From positions 1,025,165 to 1,089,164 of the forward strand of contig JACOUP010000008.1 of the NCBI GenBank assembly GCA_016177765.1: a stretch of 64,000 bases of DNA. Reading direction: 5' to 3'. Every line of letters starts with the position of its first letter. Within the stretch, counting starts at the first letter, position 1. Both the position numbers and the translations under genes were made by a program. Source of the DNA: Deltaproteobacteria bacterium (GTDB taxonomy: Bacteria; UBA10199; JACPAL01; JACOUP01). Positions 58,142 through 64,000 of this stretch are shown here, piece after piece. The notes under the pieces are model-generated. The model made no database searches, had not been told where the DNA came from, and saw only the letters and a list, made by a program, of their open reading frames with translations.

Positions 58142-59223
58142 AAGAAAAAGTGCATCTTGAGCAGAATCTGGTCATCCCCCAAGGGACCGGTTCCCAGATT
58201 CGCCCGATAGAGTACCGAAATCTGCGAATAGGACAAGGGGTATAAATCGATACCGAACCCGATCCGGTGTTGAAGGTCGCCTCCGACCAGATAATTCGGG
58301 TCCAAATAATCGTAAACCGTTTTGAGAGAAAGACCGTCGATGACCTTCCAGTCCAGCTCGCTATAACCGGCAATGACCCAGGCGTTACTAGTCGTGGTAC
58401 TGTTGGGATGGTTCTGCTGGAGGTCCACTTCTCCCAGTCCGATCAGGGGCCCCAGGGTGAACCCGCCATGCAGGCCGGTGGAGATCAGCCGGGTCGTTGA
58501 TCGCTTATTGAATTGAAAGGAACTACCGACCCGTCCCCGTTTTCCAACCCACTGAACGGTTGTTGTGATCGCCTTGGCGGCATTTTCGTCGTTGGTGCCT
58601 CCGGGGACGCCGTTGGAGACGGCGGTAATGATCTCCAGGGGGCCCGGGGCGATGCCGATCTCACCACCGATATCCTGATTGGCAAAGGTGGCATTGAAAC
58701 TGGTCCGGATCGGGCTTGAGTCATCATCCACCCGAAGGCCGTAGGGAAGGTTGATCCGCCCCACCTTAAAGTAGAGGCCGGCGGGGAGCTGATGGACCAT
58801 CCCGAACAGTTCGCGGCTCGCGGTATTGGCGAGGTCATAATCGGCGTAGGCAGTCAGGTGCTGGCCGGCGTTCAGCTCCAAATAGAGGCTTCCTTGAGGG
58901 ATCTGGATATTGTTGGTGTTGACGGTTCCGAGGGTGGTGGTGTCATGGACCCGAAAATCGGCCCCGATCGCGGCAAATTTATTCAAGCGGCCGTTGGGTA
59001 AGTCCAGAGGGACAAGGTCTCCTGGGTGAATCACCCTTGTACTTTTCAACGAGAGTTTTCTGGCAAAGAGGAAACCCCCGGTATCGTTCCGTTTGCCGGC
59101 CCCGGTTGGATTGACGTGGCAGGAGACGCAACCGACCCCCTCCTGCACGGCATAACGGGGGAGGGCCCAGAGAGGGGGGGTGATTAGAAGGGTTGCCAAA
59201 AAGGCCGCTGGGAAAAGGCGCAT
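58138..59223 (-). CDS. Fused monoheme cytochrome c / outer-membrane beta-barrel (Cyc2-like)
   Basis: Signal peptide, CVSCH directly after it, alternating amphipathic strands, C-terminal ...KMHFFF; ATGA coupling with the downstream cytochrome. Confidence 0.55.
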   Translation of the reverse strand: MRLFPAAFLATLLITPPLWALPRYAVQEGVGCVSCHVNPTGAGKRNDTGGFLFARKLSLKSTRVIHPGDLVPLDLPNGRLNKFAAIGADFRVHDTTTLGTVNTNNIQIPQGSLYLELNAGQHLTAYADYDLANTASRELFGMVHQLPAGLYFKVGRINLPYGLRVDDDSSPIRTSFNATFANQDIGGEIGIAPGPLEIITAVSNGVPGGTNDENAAKAITTTVQWVGKRGRVGSSFQFNKRSTTRLISTGLHGGFTLGPLIGLGEVDLQQNHPNSTTTSNAWVIAGYSELDWKVIDGLSLKTVYDYLDPNYLVGGDLQHRIGFGIDLYPLSYSQISVLYRANLGTGPLGDDQILLKMHFFF

Positions 59224-59314
59224 TCTCACAGAGGACCTATCATTTTCCTCCCCTTTTTCCACTTAAAAAACCCTATTGCCTTAGAAAAATGGATTTGTTA
59301 GGTCTCCCCCCCTC

Positions 59315-59719
59315 ATGAATACCGTCCAGAAGATAGAAAGAGAGGGGCTCCGCAAGGATCTGCCCCAGTTCCAGCCGGGGGATACCGTCAAGGTTTCCAC
59401 CCGGGTTCGGGAAGGGGAAAAGGAGAGGATCCAGGTCTTTGAGGGGGTTGTGATCCGGATCGCCGGTAGCGGGATTCGCAAGAGTTTCACGGTTCGCAAG
59501 ATCTCTTATGGTGTTGGTGTTGAGAGGATTTTCCCGCTTTATTCCCCGACCGTGGCCAAGCTGGAGGTCGTTTCGCGCGGCAAGGTTCGTCGGTCCAAGC
59601 TTTACTACTTGAGAGACCTTTCCGGCAAGAAGGCGAGACTCGAAGGGGAAGAGGAATTTGCTGAAGCTAACCAAGCTCCGCCGGCGGCTACCAGCCAGCC
59701 AGAAGTCCGGTCAGCCTAG
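59315..59719 (+). CDS. rplS: 50S ribosomal protein L19 (with short C-terminal extension)
   Basis: Conserved L19 core. Confidence 0.9.
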   Translation: MNTVQKIEREGLRKDLPQFQPGDTVKVSTRVREGEKERIQVFEGVVIRIAGSGIRKSFTVRKISYGVGVERIFPLYSPTVAKLEVVSRGKVRRSKLYYLRDLSGKKARLEGEEEFAEANQAPPAATSQPEVRSA

Positions 59720-60356
59720 AGATCTGTTCTTCTTTGAGGGGCAGTGTTACCGCCAGGGTTTTCGGTTTGTCGCGGGGTTAGATGAGGCAGGTCGTGGTTG
59801 TCTTGCCGGTCCTGTCGTTGCCGCCGCCGTTGTTTTTCCACCCTATTTAACGATTGCTGGCGTGGATGACTCCAAAAAATTAAGTCCGCAGAAGAGGGAA
59901 GAACTCTACCCCCAAATTCTGGAAAAGGCGATCGCCTGGGGGGTTGGGGTTGTGGGGCCGGATGAGATTGACCGGATGAATATCCTTGAGGCCTCCAAAA
60001 AGGCGATGGAGCTGGCACTCGGTTATTTAAAGGTTCCGCCGGATCACCTCCTGATCGACGGTAATTTCAGGATCACCTCGGCCTACCCGCAAACACAGAT
60101 TATCCGGGGGGATTCCCTTTCTTTTTCAATCGCCGCCGCGTCGATCATTGCCAAGGTCACCCGGGACAGGACAATGGTTGAGTGGCAGGAGAGATACCCG
60201 CAGTTCCAGTTTTCACGCCATAAAGGGTATGGGACAAAGATTCATTTGAAGGAGATTCGGACCTACGGCTTAACCGAACTTCACCGGAAGAGCTTCGCCC
60301 CCTGCCGTCAAATCTCCATGGGTGAATCACCCTTGCTGTCTATTTCAACTTTTTAA
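59658..60356 (+). CDS. rnhB: Ribonuclease HII
   Basis: [16 protein letters not shown] active-site motif. True start is probably near 59720 (non-ATG). Palindromic element at 60320-60332 encodes the C-terminal GESPL. Confidence 0.8.
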   Translation: MLKLTKLRRRLPASQKSGQPRDLFFFEGQCYRQGFRFVAGLDEAGRGCLAGPVVAAAVVFPPYLTIAGVDDSKKLSPQKREELYPQILEKAIAWGVGVVGPDEIDRMNILEASKKAMELALGYLKVPPDHLLIDGNFRITSAYPQTQIIRGDSLSFSIAAASIIAKVTRDRTMVEWQERYPQFQFSRHKGYGTKIHLKEIRTYGLTELHRKSFAPCRQISMGESPLLSISTF

Positions 60357-60690
60357 CTTCGGTAAAGAACGATTGGATTGTTTTGAGATACTGGTTCTGT
60401 TCGATGCCCAGGTAGTCATGAACGCCGAGGTTGCGATCCTCCAGAAAGGCGAGCCATTTTTCGACATTGTCAATAAGCCCCATGCGGCCGGCCAGCTTGA
60501 TCGCCTCTTTGGGGCTGTAGGCCTCAAACCCCTCATCATTGGCCTTTTGTTTAAAATGCTTCCAGGCGTATTCAAAACAGATCTCAAATTTTTTGGCGAT
60601 ACCCGAATAATAAAAATCGTCTTTTTCGGCCTTGTTCAGAAAGGAGAGGGCATGCTCCAGATCGTCAATGGCCTCTTTTAGCTTCTTCAT
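60340..60690 (-). CDS. HEPN-domain protein (nucleotidyltransferase substrate-binding, HI0074 family)
   Basis: 116 aa; overlaps the upstream MNT gene. Confidence 0.65.
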   Translation of the reverse strand: MKKLKEAIDDLEHALSFLNKAEKDDFYYSGIAKKFEICFEYAWKHFKQKANDEGFEAYSPKEAIKLAGRMGLIDNVEKWLAFLEDRNLGVHDYLGIEQNQYLKTIQSFFTEVKKLK

Positions 60691-61237
60691 GGCGACTCCT
60701 TTTGTTCAAGGCAATCCAGCTGGTGAGCGACCCTCCCAGAAAAACCGATCCCTTGGAGGCCTGTCGCAAAAAATCGTTGTCGGCCCGGTTGAGATTGACG
60801 AGGTCGATTTTATAGGGAGAAGATTCTTCAAAGTCCCCCTTCTTTTGAATCATACTCCGGTAAATTTCGTGGAAGAGCCCCTTTTCGGCATAGATACCGA
60901 TATCCCAATCCGCATATTTTTGCGCCTTCTGCCTGGCTCGTGAACCGAACAGAACAAAAGCTACGGAAGGAAACTCCTCTTGGAGTTGACTGATCAGGGG
61001 GGCGATCGGTTCGAGTGGGGATAAAGAGGACTCTTCACTCTGGATCAAAATTTCTGCCGGTTTCAGCCGGAGTCTTGAAAGGAGCTTTTCAAAGGCGGCC
61101 GGAAAAACGCCATGACCCGAAAGATAGTAGTGAATGGTGTTCCGATGGAGACCGAGATCCTTCGCCAAGGCGCCAATGGAGGGATAACCCTGCTCCTTCA
61201 AGGCCTCCTCAAATCGCCGGGCATCAATGATATGCAC
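60665..61237 (-). CDS. Minimal nucleotidyltransferase (MNT) with N-terminal HTH
   Basis: LFGSRARQ...DWDIGIY (GSx...DxD) motif; HTH LAKDLGLHRNTIHYYL. Confidence 0.65.
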   Translation of the reverse strand: MHIIDARRFEEALKEQGYPSIGALAKDLGLHRNTIHYYLSGHGVFPAAFEKLLSRLRLKPAEILIQSEESSLSPLEPIAPLISQLQEEFPSVAFVLFGSRARQKAQKYADWDIGIYAEKGLFHEIYRSMIQKKGDFEESSPYKIDLVNLNRADNDFLRQASKGSVFLGGSLTSWIALNKRSRHEEAKRGH

Positions 61238-61273
61238 AGTATTATTATACAGTATACAATAATATTGTCAATT

Positions 61274-62755
61274 CTAACCTTCCCTGAGTTTCAGTTCCCG
61301 TCCCCAGATCAGGTCGACCGCCTTGAGGGCGGAGAGGACCTTTCCTTCCGTGCCGAGCCAGGGGAGGAGGTTTGGCCCGACGGTCAGCATGTTATCGTAG
61401 GGAGAGGTGAGGGTCGGGAAGAAAAAAGAGGGGGTGTAGGCAACGCAGGCGCCGGCGCCCTTCCGGAAGGCGTTGTATTCCTCGGAGCTTTCCGGGAAGA
61501 GTCCATCCTCTTCCGGCAAAATCTTGGGGGAAACCCTTTTGAGCGAACTACCGGCAAACGGAATCAGTCTGTGGAGAAGACCGGTGATCTCTTCGTGGAG
61601 TTTTTCAAACTCTGGCACAGTCATTGACAGTTTTTCCGGCGGCAGAAAATAACTCACAGAAAGCAACGTGTCTCCTTCTTGCTTCATGTTTTTGGGAATC
61701 GGTTGCCGGTTCAGCTGCAGGTAGTTGCTACCGGATAAAGGGAGCGACGGGTCCTGGATCAAAAGAAGATTTTCCTTCATCGGGGTTGGCAGGACCTGAC
61801 TGTCAACAACATACAAAAGATTCATCCGGTGAGTGACCGGCGCCAGTCGGGACGCCTTCTTTTTAAATTGCATTGTGCGGAATCCTTGGGTGAGCCACCC
61901 TTTGGGGGTCATCTGGTAGATCTTCCGGTTCGGAATCATCTGGTAAATCTTTTGGATATTGGTATTCCCCAGCAGGTATCGGCACCGAGTCACAAAACCA
62001 CACTGGGGGAGTTTGACCCCTTTGACCTCTTTTTTCTGAATGACCAGATCGAAACCATCCGTTGCCCTCTGAACCGCTCCTCCAAAGTATTCAATCTTTT
62101 CGTAGAAGATTTTTTTCAGTTCCGTTAGCCCTCCCTTGACCGAGTAGGTGGCGAAGATTTCCGGAGAGAGAAGAAAACAGAGTTGAAAGAAAAGCGGATC
62201 CATGAGGACCCCCTGAGACAGAAACAGGAGTTGGGACCGGATGAAACTGGCTACCTCCACAGGCGTCTTCTCCACAAGGGAAGAGAGCCTTTGATAGGGA
62301 AGGGCCCGGGCCAGTTTGACAAACCTCTTTTTTTCCTTTTTGTCCGCGATGGGAAGTGAAGGGGCCAGCAGCTCCAGCGCCGTTTTGCGAAACCCTTCAG
62401 CCTCGTTGTAGAGGTTTTCAAAGAAACCGACAAGCTCCGGGAATTCGCGTTGAATCTCCTTGAAGAGGATGGAGGGATTGGGCGAAACATCCAGCCGATT
62501 CCGCGGAAAGACGACCTGGTAACTGACCCGATTTTTCTCAATGATCTGCAACCGCCCGTCCGGGATCATCAATTTGCCAAGGATACTTTTGAAAAGCCGG
62601 GATTCAAGGCCGGTCAAGACGTTCGGTTCAAAACCGCCATCGTCTTCCAACACAAGAACACTCATCCCCCGTTTGGCGAGCAGAGTCGCCGCCAGGATGC
62701 CGGAAAGGTCACTCCCGACAACGAGGAGGTCGCAAAAATTGGGGGTCATTGTCAT
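61274..62755 (-). CDS. FAD/NAD(P)-binding oxidoreductase (phytoene-desaturase-like)
   Basis: N-terminal DLLVVGSDLSGILAATLLAKRG dinucleotide fold; palindromic element at 61888-61900. Confidence 0.6.
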   Translation of the reverse strand: MTMTPNFCDLLVVGSDLSGILAATLLAKRGMSVLVLEDDGGFEPNVLTGLESRLFKSILGKLMIPDGRLQIIEKNRVSYQVVFPRNRLDVSPNPSILFKEIQREFPELVGFFENLYNEAEGFRKTALELLAPSLPIADKKEKKRFVKLARALPYQRLSSLVEKTPVEVASFIRSQLLFLSQGVLMDPLFFQLCFLLSPEIFATYSVKGGLTELKKIFYEKIEYFGGAVQRATDGFDLVIQKKEVKGVKLPQCGFVTRCRYLLGNTNIQKIYQMIPNRKIYQMTPKGWLTQGFRTMQFKKKASRLAPVTHRMNLLYVVDSQVLPTPMKENLLLIQDPSLPLSGSNYLQLNRQPIPKNMKQEGDTLLSVSYFLPPEKLSMTVPEFEKLHEEITGLLHRLIPFAGSSLKRVSPKILPEEDGLFPESSEEYNAFRKGAGACVAYTPSFFFPTLTSPYDNMLTVGPNLLPWLGTEGKVLSALKAVDLIWGRELKLREG

Positions 62756-63429
62756 AACTCGAAGGTTTCCCCAAACCCCATGATCTTTACTTTAGCCAGA
62801 TCCCCTACTTTGTCCATAAATTCTTCGGGGTCCTGTTCAATATCCGGAAAGGTCCGGTAATGCATCGGGATCGCCATTTTGGGTTTCAGAAACTCCACCG
62901 CCTTGGCCGCATCGGCGGGTCCCATCGTGTAATTGTCGCCAATCGGCAGGATGGCAACATCGATATTATGGAGTTCCCCCATCAGTGTCATTTCCAGAGA
63001 GAGCCCGGTATCCCCGGCATGGTAAATCGTTTTGTTGTCACAATGGATGATAAAACCGCAGGGGGAACCGGCGTAGGAACCATCAGCGGTTCCCGAACTG
63101 TGAAAGGCCGGTGCGACGTAAACTTCACCGAAATCAAAACGGCGACTACCGCCCAAGTTCATCCCATGCCCCTTCTCGGCCCCCTTGGCCAGACAGTACT
63201 GGACCAGTTCATAGACCCCGATGACCGGGGCGTGATTTCTCCTGGAGATCTCGACGGCGTCTCCGAGATGATCTTGATGGCCATGGGTGACCAGGATCGC
63301 ATCCACCGAGATCTCGTTCGGGTTGACCTTCACATGAGGGTTCCCTTTCAGGAATGGGTCGATGATAAACTTCCCCTTGCTTCCTTCGATGACGAAGCAG
63401 GAATGGCCGAAATAGGTTAATTTAACCAT
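62752..63429 (-). CDS. MBL-fold metal-dependent hydrolase (UPF0173 family)
   Basis: HGHQDH motif; 225 aa. Confidence 0.8.
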   Translation of the reverse strand: MVKLTYFGHSCFVIEGSKGKFIIDPFLKGNPHVKVNPNEISVDAILVTHGHQDHLGDAVEISRRNHAPVIGVYELVQYCLAKGAEKGHGMNLGGSRRFDFGEVYVAPAFHSSGTADGSYAGSPCGFIIHCDNKTIYHAGDTGLSLEMTLMGELHNIDVAILPIGDNYTMGPADAAKAVEFLKPKMAIPMHYRTFPDIEQDPEEFMDKVGDLAKVKIMGFGETFEL

Positions 63430-63446
63430 TGTTTCTATTCCTCCCG

Positions 63447-64000
63447 TTAAAAATGGAACGCCACATTCCCCTGCAACGAGTAAGGGAAGATCGCCGTGCT
63501 GGCGCTGGGGGTTCCGAAATTGGTAATCACCCCAACCGACCGGAAGGCCCCCTGAAACCCGAGCGAGATGAGGCTATTCAAATAATAGTCAAAACCGAGT
63601 GACACCTGGGCCCCGATTCCGGCCCCCCCCGTGGAATTGCTCACATTCCCTTCGGTCAGGATGTAGACACCGATCCCGGTGGAGGCGTACGGGTCCCATC
63701 TCGGCTCTCCGTCGCGGAAATAGAGCTTGATGTCAAAGGCCGGGATCCCCAGAAGAAGGATGTTCCCGTCCGCCTTGGAGACATTGTCGGCATCCTGGCT
63801 GGAGACAAAAAAGGAGGTCTCAAAGGCGACCTGCGGGTGGAACCGGTAGTCAAAATAGACATAACCGCCGATACCGGGATCCATGATCGGCAGGGTATCA
63901 ATGACGTAAATATTGCCGATCGGTCCGAAACCGACGGTAAAACCGCGCCGCCCGCCGTCGTAACCTTCCCCTTCATCAGCCTGGAGGCAGGGAGTGGCCA
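63447..64000 (-). CDS. Outer-membrane beta-barrel protein (N-terminus beyond window edge)
   Basis: C-terminal ...NVAFHF; the reading frame stays open to the window end. Confidence 0.5.
   Translation of the reverse strand, partial: ATPCLQADEGEGYDGGRRGFTVGFGPIGNIYVIDTLPIMDPGIGGYVYFDYRFHPQVAFETSFFVSSQDADNVSKADGNILLLGIPAFDIKLYFRDGEPRWDPYASTGIGVYILTEGNVSNSTGGAGIGAQVSLGFDYYLNSLISLGFQGAFRSVGVITNFGTPSASTAIFPYSLQGNVAFHF

Overview
High-GC (about 57-58%) bacterial chromosomal window, Gram-negative type (TolQRA-TolB, outer-membrane beta-barrels). Roughly 70 genes are supportable on both strands. (1) A contiguous same-strand TCA-cycle supercluster: citrate synthase, icd, mdh, sdhCAB, sucCD, ndk, followed by a SulP permease, tRNA-Gly(CCC) and aconitase. 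(2) An operon that looks like a gamma-glutamylation route for an amine or amino alcohol: APC permease, GS-like ligase, Fe-ADH, PuuD-like hydrolase, ALDH. (3) An accessory block: a large secreted thrombospondin-type-3 repeat protein with a GCGC/TM/basic C-terminal sorting tail, then a tandem array of four paralogous genes (27451-33647). They share an undescribed ~170-aa N-terminal domain built from an internal duplication, a Pro/Ala-rich linker and shuffled C-terminal modules. (4) ppx, tolB-tolA-tolR-tolQ, murI, tkt, ctpA, and a lipoprotein zincin-like protease. (5) A tRNA-Gln flanked by an 18-bp direct repeat that delimits a 1.1-kb AbiEii toxin islet. (6) pfk, a radical SAM enzyme, a large protein with a cytidylyltransferase-like C-terminus, acd, dcd and an ABC-2 exporter. 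(7) Two further TA pairs (DUF433/DUF5615 and HEPN/MNT). (8) The rpsP-trmD-rplS-rnhB ribosomal operon interrupted by yceI plus a Cyc2-like fused monoheme-cytochrome/porin and a CX4CH monoheme cytochrome lipoprotein. A 13-nt palindrome GGGTGAAyCACCC (extended CCCAAGGGTG-N3-CACCCTTGGG) is scattered across the window, including in-frame inside conserved housekeeping genes. No rRNA, CRISPR array, transposase or integrase was seen.
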